NCBI RefSeq assembly: GCF_032444005.1
Contig: NC_091290.1
Coordinates: forward strand, 7,564,001-7,628,000
DNA length: 64,000 bases
Direction of reading: 5' to 3'
From: Ranitomeya imitator
Lineage: Eukaryota
Shown: in pieces, positions 11,925 to 25,433 of the stretch
Position numbering within the stretch: position 1 is the first letter of the stretch
Layout: each line of letters starts with the position of its first letter
Program-made: the position numbers and the translations under genes
The notes under the pieces: model-generated
What the model saw: the letters and a program-made list of their open reading frames with translations, nothing else
What the model was told of the DNA's origin: nothing
Database searches by the model: none

Positions 11925-13890
11925 TACAGCCACCACTAGGGGGAGCTCACTACATACAGAATTATACAGCCACCACTAGGGGGAGCTCACTACATACAGA
12001 TTTATACAGTCACCTCTAGATGGAGCTCACTACATACAGATTTATACAGTCACCTCTAGATGGAGCTCACTACATACAGATTTATACAGCCACCACTAGA
12101 GGGAGCTCACTACATACAGATTTATACAGTCACCTCTAGATGGAGCTCACTACATACAGAATTATACAGTCACCATTATGCAAATTGCCTCTTCTGAGAC
12201 AGAGCTCATTACGTACAGATGTATAAAGTCACCACTAGAGGGAACTCTCTACATACAGATTTATACAGACACCACTAGAGGAGCTCATTACATACAGAAT
12301 TATACTGTCACCTCTAGATGGAGCTCACTACATACAGATTTATACAGTCACCTCTAGATGGCGCTCACTACATACAGATTTATACAGTCACCACTAGATG
12401 GAGCTCACTACATACAGATTTATACTGTCACCACTAGATGGAGCTCACTACATACAGAATTATACTGTCACCACTAGATGGAGCTCACTACATACAGATT
12501 TATACTGTCACCACTAGATGGAGCTCACTACATACAGATTTATACAGTCACCACTAGATGGAGCTCACTACATACAGAATTATACTGTCACCACTAGATG
12601 GAGCTCACTACATACAGAATTATACTGTCACCACTAAGGGGAGCTCACTATATATAGATTTATACTGTCACCACTAGGAGGAGATCACTACATACAGATT
12701 TATACAGTCACCACTAGGGGGAGCTCACTACATACAGATTTATACAGTCACCTCTAGATGGAGCTCACTACATACAGAATTATACAGTCACCTCTAGATG
12801 GAGCTCACTACATACAGAATTATACAGTCACCTCTAGATGGCGCTCACTACATACAGAATTATACAGACACCACTAGAGGAGCTCACTACATACAGATTT
12901 ATACAGTCACCACTAGATGGAGCTCACTACATACAGATTTATACTGTCACCACTAGATGGAGCTCACTACATACAGATTTATACAGTCACCACTAGAGGG
13001 AGCTCACTACATACAGATTTATACAGCCACCTCTAGAGGGAGCTCACTACATACAGATTTATACTGTCACCACTAGATGGAGCTCACTACATACAGATTT
13101 ATACAGTCACCACTAGATGGAGCTCACTACATACAGAATTATACTGTCACCACTAGATGGAGCTCACTACATACAGAATTATACTGTCACCACTAAGGGG
13201 AGCTCACTATATATAGATTTATACTGTCACCACTAGGAGGAGATCACTACATACAGATTTATACAGTCACCTCTAGATGGAGCTCACTACATACAGAATT
13301 ATACAGTCACCACTAGGGGGAGCTCACTATATATAGATTTATACAGTCACCACTAGGGGGAGCTCACTACATACAGATTTATACAGTCACCTCTAGATGG
13401 AGCTCACTACATACAGATTTATACAGTCACCTCTAGATGGAGCTCACTACATACAGAATTATACAGTCACCACTAGGGGGAGCTCACTATATATAGATTT
13501 ATACAGCCACCACTAGAGGGAGCTCACTACATGCAGATTTATACAGCCACCACTAGAGGGAGCTCACTACATACAGATTTATACAGTCACCACTAGGGGG
13601 AGCTCACTACATACAGATTTATACAGCCACCACTAGAGGGAGCTCACTACATACAGATTTATACAGCCACCACTAGGGGGAGCTCACTACATACAGATTT
13701 ATACAGCCACCACTAGAGGGAGCTCACTACATACAGATTATACAGTCACCTCTAAATGGAGCTCACTACATACAGAATTATACAGTCACCACTAGGGGGC
13801 GCTCACTATATATAGATTTATACAGCCCCCACTAGGAGGAGCTCACTACATACAGATTTATACAGCCACCACTAGGGGGAGCTCACTACA
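11925..13890. repeat. 40-bp tandem array A (acagatttatacagtcaccactagggggagctcactacat), about 49 units, CTCF-like core
   Basis: Visible tandem units; copy number from length divided by unit. Confidence 0.95.
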
Positions 13891-15764
13891 CACTCAAAAG
13901 TTTGGCGAATCGATTGCCGAATCTAAATTTTCCATATTTGTGCCGAATTTATATTTGATGATCCGTTCCAAACATATTCAGTAGTTTCTACTCCCAATGA
14001 CATATGGCGAATATTGCAAAACAATATTTGCCGCTGATCGTAATCGGAACCAAATTTTGAAGAATTTGCTTTACTCTAGTTTTGAGCTGCAATTTGTGTA
14101 TTTTGGGCTTTTCGAGGGTCTTTATCTTCTTATCTTGGAGCACATTAATCCCAGAAGTACAATAAATCTCCATGTGTGTGGACCTCCTGTAGAGTCGCCC
14201 CCAGTTTTCAGGCTGCTTCTTCTGGACTAATAATACCTTATTTGTGCCTGGCATCACCCTCGCGACTGCTGACGACGATCGTGGCCTTGTGCCAGCACAA
14301 GATAGTGGCACATCCCAGCCACGACTATACACATATATTCACTGTGATACATTGTGTCATATTTGTAAATAGAAATTGTCACATTTAGTTTTAGGGTTTT
14401 TGCTTATTTTTTCCCAATAGAAAGAACATAACCCAAAACCCACTGGAGAATCTGTGTAAATCCGGCGCTTTATTAGCGGTCCATGATTTTGTGCTCTGCA
14501 CATGTGCATCCCCCTTTGCTGTCCCCCTCCAGCTCCCGCTCCCCCTCCACAGCCCTGCACCAAATCCTCCTTCCATGTAAAGTGGAGATCCAGGCAAAGA
14601 CAAGTGACAGGCGGCAGCGGAGCAGGTAGGTAAAGAGGGCGATGGGGCAGCAGGGATGGAGGGGGCGCTGCGGGTGGTACCAGGTAAGATAAGGAGTGGG
14701 GGAGGGGAGAGAGATGAAGATGCCGCGTGAAGGCATCACGGGGGTCTGCTGCACCTGCACCATGAGGCTGGTGCCCATCCTGCCCGGGTCCCTACATCTC
14801 TCCAGGTCTCACCCTCCCTGCCCCCGCTTTACAGAGATGTGACATTGTGTCGCTGTCCTGCGCTGCTGGTTTTCCACCTGTCACCTCTCATCTGACATTA
14901 CAGAGATTTCCCCCCGATTATTTCAGCATAAATTCCTGCGTCTTTACATTATGACATTTAAATAGCGGAAAGGGTTAAATAGATCCGATCTACAGCCGCG
15001 TCCTGCAGATCACTCGCCCTATATCGCACTGTGCGGCAGCTCAGAACGCGGTGGACTTGGTGTCATTGTCCTGCACAACCCAATGTGAGATTATGTTCTA
15101 GGACTGCAGGTGATCGGCCCTAATAGAACTCTGCCATCGTCTGTCGGAAGCTGCGGAACAAAAGGAATCAGCAGCGCGACGTCCCAACTAACAGCGGACA
15201 CATTGTTCACATTGTGGAGGTGGAACCTGCAGTCCTATGTAAAATCACAGGTAATAAATTGGCACCATGACTTGTGCAAAACCATAGACTCCGATCCAAC
15301 CGTGTGCACAAATCCAGAGACAAGAAAAATCGGAAATGACGCATAAAAGTTATGGAAAATTCATGACGAAGAAAACAAACTGTCCTTTCTTAAGGTTTCC
15401 CAATAGCTGGAGCAGAATGACGGGGTGCAGAGTGGGGTGACGGGGGGCACTGAGCGGGGTGACGGGGGGCACTGAGCGGGGTGACGGGGGCGCAGAGAGC
15501 AGCGCAGGGTGACTATGTGCAGCGCAGGGCGGTACTGAGCTGCACGGATGAATGAAAAGACACACTGAAGGATGCCACAGGATGACTGAGCTGCACAGGG
15601 TAATGAGAATCAGAAGAGGATGACAGAGGGTGGAGAATCGTGAGAGGGAAACAAGAAGAGCAGCACAGGACGAAAAAAGGTTTGCAGATTAACACAAAAC
15701 AGTGTGGTGTTAGAGCACAGGTCAGGGGACAGAGGTTAGAATGTGAATGCAAGAGCATCCACAT

Positions 15765-18700
15765 AAGATCCTGTCTGCAGCCACCACTAGGGGGAGCTCC
15801 CTGTATACAGAGATACATGATAAGATCCTGTCTGCAGTCACCACTAGGGGGAGCTCCCTGTATACAGAGATACATGATAAGATCCTGTCTGCAGTCACCA
15901 CTAGAGGGAGCTCCCTGTATACAGAGATATATGATAAGATCCTGTCTGCAGCCACCACTAGGGGGAGCTCCCTGTATACAGAGATACATGATAAGATCCT
16001 GTCTGCAGTCACCACTAGGGGGAGCTCCCTGTATACAGAGATACATGATAAGATCCTGTCTGCAGTCACCACTAGGGGGAGCTCCCTGTATACAGAGATA
16101 CATGATAAGATCCTGTCTGCAGCCACCACTAGGGGGAGCTCCCTGTATACAGAGATATATGATAAGATCCTGTCTGCAGTCACCACTAGGGGGAGCTCCC
16201 TGTATACAGAGATACATGATAAGATCCTGTCTGCAGTCACCACTAGGGGGAGCTCCCTGTATGCGGAGATACACAAGATCCTGTCTGCAGCCACCACTAG
16301 GGGGAGCTCCCTGTATACAGAAATACACAAGATCCTGTCTGCAGCCACCACTAGGGGGAGCTCCCTGTATACAGAAATACATAAGATCCTGTCTGCAGCC
16401 ACCACTAGGGGGAGCTCCCTGTATACAGAGATACATGATAAGATCCTGTCTGCAGCCACCACTAGGGGGAGCTCCCTATATACAGAGATACATGATAAGA
16501 TCCTGTCTGCAGCCACCACTAGGGGGAGCTCCCTGTATACAGAGATACATGATAAGATCCTGTCAGCAGCCACCACTAGGAGGAGCTCCCTGTATACAGA
16601 GATACATGATAAGATCCTGTCTGCAGCCACCACTAGGGGGAGCTCCCTGTATACAGAGATACATGATAAGATCCTGTCTGCAGTCACCACTAGGGGGAGC
16701 TCCCTGTATACAGAGATACATAGGATCCTGCCGGCAGCCACCACTAGGAGGAGCTCCCTGTATACAGAGATACATGATAAGATCCTGTCTGCAGCCACCA
16801 CTAGGAGGAGCTCCCTGTATACAGAGATACATGATAAGATACTGTCTGTAGCCACCACTAGGGGGAGCTCCCTGTATACAGAGATACATGATAAGATCCT
16901 GTCAGCAGCCACCACTAGGGGGAGCTCCCTGTATACAGAGATACATGATAAGATTCTGTCTGCAGTCACCACTAGGGGGAGCTCCCTGTATAGAGATACA
17001 TGATAAGATCCTGTCTGCAGCCACCACTAGGAGGAGCTCCCTGTATACAGAGATACGTGATAAGATCCTGTCTGCAGCCACCACTAGGGGGAGCTCCCTG
17101 TATACAGAGATACATGATAAGATCCTGTCTGCAGCCACCACTAGGGGGAGCTCCCTGTATACAGAGATACATGATAAGATCCTGTCTGCAGTCACCACTA
17201 GGGGGAGCTCCCTGTATACAGAGATACATGATAAGATCCTGTCTGCAGCCACCACTAGGGGGATCTCCCTGTATGCGGAGATACATGATAAGATCCTGTC
17301 TACAGTCACCACTAAGGGGATCTCCCTGTATACAGAGATACATAGGATCCTGTCTGCAGCCACCACTAGGAGGAGCTCCCTGTATACAGAGATACATGAT
17401 AAGATCCTGTCTGCAGCCACCACTAGGGGGAGCTCCCTGTATACAGATACATGATAATATCCTGTCTGCAGCCACCACTAGGGGGAGCTCCCTGTATACA
17501 GAGATACATGATAAGATTCTGTCTGCAGCCACCACTAGGGGGAGCTCCCTGTATACAGAGATACATGATAAGATTCTGTCTGCAGCCACCACTAGGGGGA
17601 GCTCCCTATATACAGAGATACATGATAAGATTCTGTCTGCAGCCACCACTAGGGGGAGCTCCCTGTATACAGAGATACATGATAAGATCCTGTCTGCAGT
17701 CACCACTAGGAGGAGCTCCCTGTATACAGAGACACATAAGATCCTGTCTGCAGTCACCACTAGGAGGAGCTCCCTGTATACAGAGACACATAAGATCCTG
17801 TCTGCAGCCACCACTAGGGGGAGCTCACTGTATACAGAGATACATGATAAGATCCTGTCTGCAGCCACCACTAGGGGGAGCTCCCTGTATACAGAGATAC
17901 ATGATAAGATCCTGTCTGCAGCCACCACTAGGGGGAGCTCCCTGTATACAGAGATACATGATAAGATCCTGTCTGCAGCCACCACTAGGAGGAGCTCCAT
18001 GTATTCAGAGATACATGATAAGATCCTGTCTGCATCCACCACCAGGGGGAGCTCCCTGTATACAGAGATACATGATAAGATCCTGTCTGCAGCCACCACT
18101 AGGGGGAGCTCCCTGTATACAGAGCTACATGATAAGATCCTGTCTGCAGCCACCACTAGGGGGAGCTCCCTGTATACAGAGCTACATGATAAGATCCTGT
18201 CTGCAGCCACCACTAGGGGGAGCTCCCTGTATACAGAGATACATGATAAGATCCTGTCTGCAGCCACCACTAGGGGGAGCTCCCTGTATACAGAGATACA
18301 TGATAAGATCCTGTCTGCAGCCACCACTAGGGGGAGCTCCCTGTATACAGAGATACATGATAAGATCCTGTCTGCAGTCACCACTAGGGGGAGCTCCCTG
18401 TATACAGAGATACATAGGATCCTGCCGGCAGCCACCACTAGGGGGAGCTCCCTGTATACAGAGATACATGATAAGATCCTGTCTGCAGCCACCACTAGGA
18501 GGAGCTCCCTGTATACAGAGATACATGATAAGATACTGTCTGTAGCCACCACTAGGGGGAGCTCCCTGTATACAGAGATACATGATAAGATCCTGTCAGC
18601 AGCCACCACTAGGGGGAGCTCCCTGTATACAGAGATACATGATAAGATTCTGTCTGCAGTCACCACTAGGGGGAGCTCCCTGTATAGAGATACATGATAA

Positions 18701-21700
18701 GATCCTGTCTGCAGCCACCACTAGGAGGAGCTCCCTGTATACAGAGATACGTGATAAGATCCTGTCTGCAGCCACCACTAGGGGGAGCTCCCTGTATACA
18801 GAGATACATGATAAGATCCTGTCTGCAGCCACCACTAGGGGGAGCTCCCTGTATACAGAGATACATGATAAGATCCTGTCTGCAGTCACCACTAGGGGGA
18901 GCTCCCTGTATACAGAGATACATGATAAGATCCTGTCTGCAGCCACCACTAGGGGGATCTCCCTGTATGCGGAGATACATGATAAGATCCTGTCTACAGT
19001 CACCACTAAGGGGATCTCCCTGTATACAGAGATACATAGGATCCTGTCTGCAGCCACCACTAGGAGGAGCTCCCTGTATACAGAGATACATGATAAGATC
19101 CTGTCTGCAGCCACCACTAGGGGGAGCTCCCTGTATACAGATACATGATAATATCCTGTCTGCAGCCACCACTAGGGGGAGCTCCCTGTATACAGAGATA
19201 CATGATAAGATTCTGTCTGCAGCCACCACTAGGGGGAGCTCCCTGTATACAGAGATACATGATAAGATTCTGTCTGCAGCCACCACTAGGGGGAGCTCCC
19301 TATATACAGAGATACATGATAAGATTCTGTCTGCAGCCACCACTAGGGGGAGCTCCCTGTATACAGAGATACATGATAAGATCCTGTCTGCAGTCACCAC
19401 TAGGAGGAGCTCCCTGTATACAGAGACACATAAGATCCTGTCTGCAGTCACCACTAGGAGGAGCTCCCTGTATACAGAGACACATAAGATCCTGTCTGCA
19501 GCCACCACTAGGGGGAGCTCACTGTATACAGAGATACATGATAAGATCCTGTCTGCAGCCACCACTAGGGGGAGCTCCCTGTATACAGAGATACATGATA
19601 AGATCCTGTCTGCAGCCACCACTAGGGGGAGCTCCCTGTATACAGAGATACATGATAAGATCCTGTCTGCAGCCACCACTAGGAGGAGCTCCATGTATTC
19701 AGAGATACATGATAAGATCCTGTCTGCATCCACCACCAGGGGGAGCTCCCTGTATACAGAGATACATGATAAGATCCTGTCTGCAGCCACCACTAGGGGG
19801 AGCTCCCTGTATACAGAGCTACATGATAAGATCCTGTCTGCAGCCACCACTAGGGGGAGCTCCCTGTATACAGAGCTACATGATAAGATCCTGTCTGCAG
19901 CCACCACTAGGGGGAGCTCCCTGTATACAGAGATACATGATAAGATCCTGTCTGCAGCCACCACTAGGGGGAGCTCCCTGTATACAGAGATACATGATAA
20001 GATCCTGTCTGCAGCCACCACTAGGGGGAGCTCCCTGTATACAGAGATACATAGGATCCTGTCTGCAGCCACCACTAGGGGGAGCTCCCTGTATACAGAG
20101 ATACATGATAAGATCCTGTCTGCAGTCACCACTAGGAGGAGCTCCCTGTATACAGAGACACATAAGATCCTGTCTGCAGCCACCACTAGGGGGAGCTCCC
20201 TGTATACAGAGATACATGATAAGATCCTGTCTGCAGCCACCACTAGGGGGAGCTCACTGTATACAGAGATACATGATAAGATCCTGTCTGCAGCCACCAC
20301 TAGGGGGAGCTCCCTGTATACAGAGATACATGATAAGATCCTGTCTGCAGCCACCACTAGGAGGAGCTCCATGTATTCAGAGATACATGATAAGATCCTG
20401 TCTGCATCCACCACCAGTGGGAGCTCCCTGTATACAGAGATACATGATAAGATCCTGTCTGCAGCCACCACTAGGGGGAGCTCCCTGTATACAGAGCTAC
20501 ATGATAAGATCCTGTCTGCAGCCACCACTAGGGGGAGCTCCCTGTATACAGAGCTACATGATAAGATCCTGTCTGCAGCCACCACTAGGGGGAGCTCCCT
20601 GTATACAGAGATACATGATAAGATCCTGTCTGCAGCCACCACTAGGGGGAGCTCCCTGTATACAGAGATACATGATAAGATCCTGTCTGCAGCCACCACT
20701 AGGGGGAGCTCCCTGTATACAGAGATACATGATAAGATCCTGTCTGCAGTCACCACTAGGGGGAGCTCCCTGTATACAGAGATACATAAGATCCTGTCTG
20801 CAGCCACCACTAGGGGGAGCTCCCTGTATACAGAGATACATGATAAGATCCTGTCTGCAGCCACCACTAGGAGGAGCTCCATGTATTCAGAGATACATGA
20901 TAAGATCCTGTCTGCATCCACCACCAGGGGGAGCTCCCTGTATACAGAGATACATGATAAGATCCTGTCTGCAGCCACCACTAGGGGGAGCTCCCTGTAT
21001 ACAGAGCTACATGATAAGATCCTGTCTGCAGCCACCACTAGGGGGAGCTCCCTGTATACAGAGCTACATGATAAGATCCTGTCTGCAGCCACCACTAGGG
21101 GGAGCTCCCTGTATACAGAGATACATGATAAGATCCTGTCTGCAGCCACCACTAGGGGGAGCTCCCTGTATACAGAGATACATGATAAGATCCTGTCTGC
21201 AGCCACCACTAGGGGGAGCTCCCTGTATACAGAGATACATAGGATCCTGTCTGCAGCCACCACTAGGGGGAGCTCCCTGTATACAGAGATACATGATAAG
21301 ATCCTGTCTGCAGTCACCACTAGGAGGAGCTCCCTGTATACAGAGACACATAAGATCCTGTCTGCAGCCACCACTAGGGGGAGCTCCCTGTATACAGAGA
21401 TACATGATAAGATCCTGTCTGCAGCCACCACTAGGGGGAGCTCCCTGTATACAGAGATACATGATAAGATCCTGTCTGCAGCCACCACTAGGGGGAGCTC
21501 ACTGTATACAGAGATACATGATAAGATCCTGTCTGCAGCCACCACTAGGGGGAGCTCCCTGTATACAGAGATACATGATAAGATCCTGTCTGCAGCCACC
21601 ACTAGGAGGAGCTCCATGTATTCAGAGATACATGATAAGATCCTGTCTGCATCCACCACCAGGGGGAGCTCCCTGTATACAGAGATACATGATAAGATCC

Positions 21701-22355
21701 TGTCTGCAGCCACCACTAGGGGGAGCTCCCTGTATACAGAGCTACATGATAAGATCCTGTCTGCAGCCACCACTAGGGGGAGCTCCCTGTATACAGAGCT
21801 ACATGATAAGATCCTGTCTGCAGCCACCACTAGGGGGAGCTCCCTGTATACAGAGATACATGATAAGATCCTGTCTGCAGCCACCACTAGGGGGAGCTCC
21901 CTGTATACAGAGATACATGATAAGATCCTGTCTGCAGCCACCACTAGGGGGAGCTCCCTGTATACAGAGATACATAAGATCCTGTCTGCAGTCACCACTA
22001 GGGGGAGCTCCCTATATACAGAGATATATGATAAGATCTTGTCTGCAGCCACCACTAGGGGGAGCTCCCTATATACAGAGATATATGATAAGATCCTGTC
22101 TGCAGCCACCACTAGGGGGAGCTCCCTGTATACAGAGATACATGATAAGATCCTGTCTGCAGCCACCACTAGGGGGAGCTCCCTGTATACAGAGATACAT
22201 GATAAGATCCTGTCTGCAGTCACCACTAGGGGGAGCTCCCTGTATACAGAGATACATGATAACACCCTGTCTGCAGCCACCACTAGGGGGAGCTCCCTGT
22301 ATACAGAGATACATAAGATCCTGTCTGCAGTCACCACTAGGGGGAGCTCCCTGTA
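15765..22355. repeat. 57-bp (54-bp variant) tandem array B (gataagatcctgtctgcagccaccactagggggagctccctgtatacagagatacat), about 115 units, CTCF-like core
   Basis: Visible tandem units; 19-aa periodicity in the ORF track. Confidence 0.97.
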
Positions 22356-23064
22356 CACATAGAAACTTCTGGGTGAGTTTATACCATTCTGGGTTCTGCA
22401 TATTTTATTGGCTCCATTTGATGATTTTGATCTGTGACATCGTAGATACCAGTGAATAGATCTTTCCCGCTGTAGAATATTCGGGATTCTCACGCGTTGC
22501 TGCTGGTCCACTTCTCCGCTATGTAGGAGGTGCGGGTGTTCTACTCCTGGCTGCTCAGTGATCCGCGCTCATTAGTGCAGGTAGACGGCCGAGATGGCGG
22601 CTTTACTATCTCCGCCAAACAAACACCATCCAGCCGCAATTGATCACAAGCGCTGATGGTCTCGGCGGGGGAAACACATGACAACGTGGACCTTGTGATG
22701 TGGATACAGGATTCATGCCTGACCTGCTGATTCTGCAACATGAAAAGAGCTTAATATACTCAGCCGGGAGCAGGAGATTATAAAACCCCTGTAGAGATGA
22801 AGCTCATGGCGGACTACAAGTCTCAGTTTTCTTCCCTGCCACGGAAAATGAACAATGATGGAAATACCATCTATAATACAAATATATCGGGCCGTGGATG
22901 AACACAGACATCGTCATAAGGCCCAGAATAAAATGAAAAAGAATGGGCCCTACCCCAAAAATAATTACTATTATAATGCATCTTTACATTGGTCAAAGCT
23001 CCCGTTTTCAAATACACTGCTCCAAATTCACTGCAGAGATAGAATTAAAATGATAAAATTCTAC

Positions 23065-24975
23065 ATACCTGACGTCACCACTAGGGGGAGCTCACTACAT
23101 ACAGATTTATACAGTCACCACTAGGGGGAGCTCACTACATACAGATTTATACAGCCACCACTAGAGGGAGCTCACTACATACAGATTTATACAGCCACCA
23201 CTAGGGGGAGCTCACTACATACATATTTATACAGCCACCACTAGAGGGAGCTCACTGCATACAGATATATACAGTCACCACTAGGGGGAGCTCACTACAT
23301 ACAGATTTATACAGACACCACTAGGCAGAGATCACTGCATACAGATTTATATACGGCCACCACTAGATGGAGCTCACTACATATAGATTTATACTGTCAC
23401 CACTAGGGGGAGCTCACTACATACAGATGTATACAATCATCACTAGGGGGAGCTCACTACATACAGATGTATACAGACACCACTAGGAGGAGATCACTAC
23501 ATACAGATTTATACAGTCACCACTAGGAGGAGCTCACCACATACAGATTTATATACGGCCACCACTAGGGGGAGCTCACTACATACAGATTTATACAGTC
23601 ACCACTAGGGGGAGCTCACTACATACAGATTTATACAGTCACCACTAGGGGGAGCTCACTACATACAGATGTATACAGACACCACTAGGAGGCGCTAACC
23701 ATATACAGATTTATACAGCCACCACTAGAGGGAGCTCACTGCATACAGATATATACAGTCACCACTAGGGGGAGCTCACTACATACAGATTTATACAGTC
23801 ACCACTAGGAGGAGCTCACCACATACAGATTTATATACGGCCACCACTAGGGGGAGCTCACTACATATAGATTTATATTGTCACCACTAGGGGGAGCTCA
23901 CTACATACAGATGTATACAGACACCACTAGGGGGAGCTCACTACATACAGATTTATATACGGCCACCACTAGATGGAGCTCACTACATACAGATTTATAC
24001 AGTCACCACTAGGGGGAGCTCACTACATACAGATGTATACAATCATCACTAGGAGGAGCTCACTACATACAGATTTATACAGCCACCACTAGGGGAGCTC
24101 ACTACATACAGATATATACAGTCACCACTAGATGGAGCTCACTACATACAGATGTATACAGACACCACTAGTCGGAGATCACTACATCCAGATTTATACA
24201 ATCATCACTAGGGGGAGCTCACTACATACAGATGTATACAGACACCACTAGGCGGAGATCACTGCATACAGATTTATATACGGCCACCACTAGGGGGAGC
24301 TCACTACATACAGATTTATACAACCACCACTAGGAGGAGCTCACTACACACAGATTTATACAGTCACCACTAGGGGGAGCTCACTACATACAGATTTATA
24401 CAGACACCACTAGGTGGAGATCACTGCATACAGATTTATATACGGCCACCACTAGATGGAGCTCACTACATATAGATTTATACTGTCACCACTAGGGGGA
24501 GCTCACTACATACAGATGTATACAGACACCACTAGGGGGAGCTCACTACATACAGACGTATACAATCATCACTAGGGGGAGCTCACTACATACAGATGTA
24601 TACAGACACCACTAGGGGGAGCTCATTACATACAGATGTATACAGACACCACTAGGGGGAGCTCACTACATACAGATGTATACAATCATCACTAGGGGGA
24701 GCTCACTACACACAGATTTATACAACCACCACTAGGAGGAGCTCACTACACACAGATTTATACAGTCACCACTAGGGGGAGCTCACTACATACAGATGTA
24801 TACAGCCACCACTAGGAGGAGCTCACTACATACAGATTTATATACGGCCACCACTAGATGGAGCGCTCTAAATGTCGGATAATACAGCCACCACTAGGAG
24901 GAGCTCACTACATACAGATTTATATACGGCCACCACTAGATGGAGCGCTCTAAATGTCGGATAATACAGCCACTA
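23065..24975. repeat. 40-bp tandem array C, same family as array A, about 46 units
   Basis: Same unit as 11925-13890 with additional variants. Confidence 0.95.
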
Positions 24976-25433
24976 TTAAAATGTAAGACCCTGCATCCAG
25001 AGAGCTCGGCTAGTGGATCTGCTAAGCTAAATGTTATAAATTATTAACAAGCGGCTGCTACAGACAGGAGTGAGGAAGGAGAGCGTGCCTGTACTGACAG
25101 TGCGCCTCTGTGCTCAGAGTGTCACTGCTCAAGCTTGGTCCCTCTGGGCAAGTGAGTGCAGTCAGCCGACAAACAAGCTAAAGGGCAGTGCACCCCATGT
25201 TAATTGAGGGGGGGGGGGAAGCAGTGCACTGAGGCCTTGGCCACGACAAAGGTGCAGCGACGAGCCCTGATTTAGGTATTAAATAATTTATTTTTTTCAG
25301 AACAAAAGTAGTAAAATCTATAGTACAGGCGTGATTTTTAAGTCCTATATGTGACTGTACATGCCACCTAATTGCCATTTTGGGGGGACAGACTCCCTTT
25401 AAGATATTTGCTTCTAATTTGTTGATGCAACTA

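Noticed and set aside
11925-13890. CRISPR-like appearance of regularly spaced short repeats
   Set aside because: Units are contiguous with no unique spacers, the context is eukaryotic, and there are no cas genes.
15513-22511. 400-1281-aa ORFs as protein-coding genes
   Set aside because: Pure 19-aa periodicity from the 57-bp satellite; no credible start, splice structure or domain.
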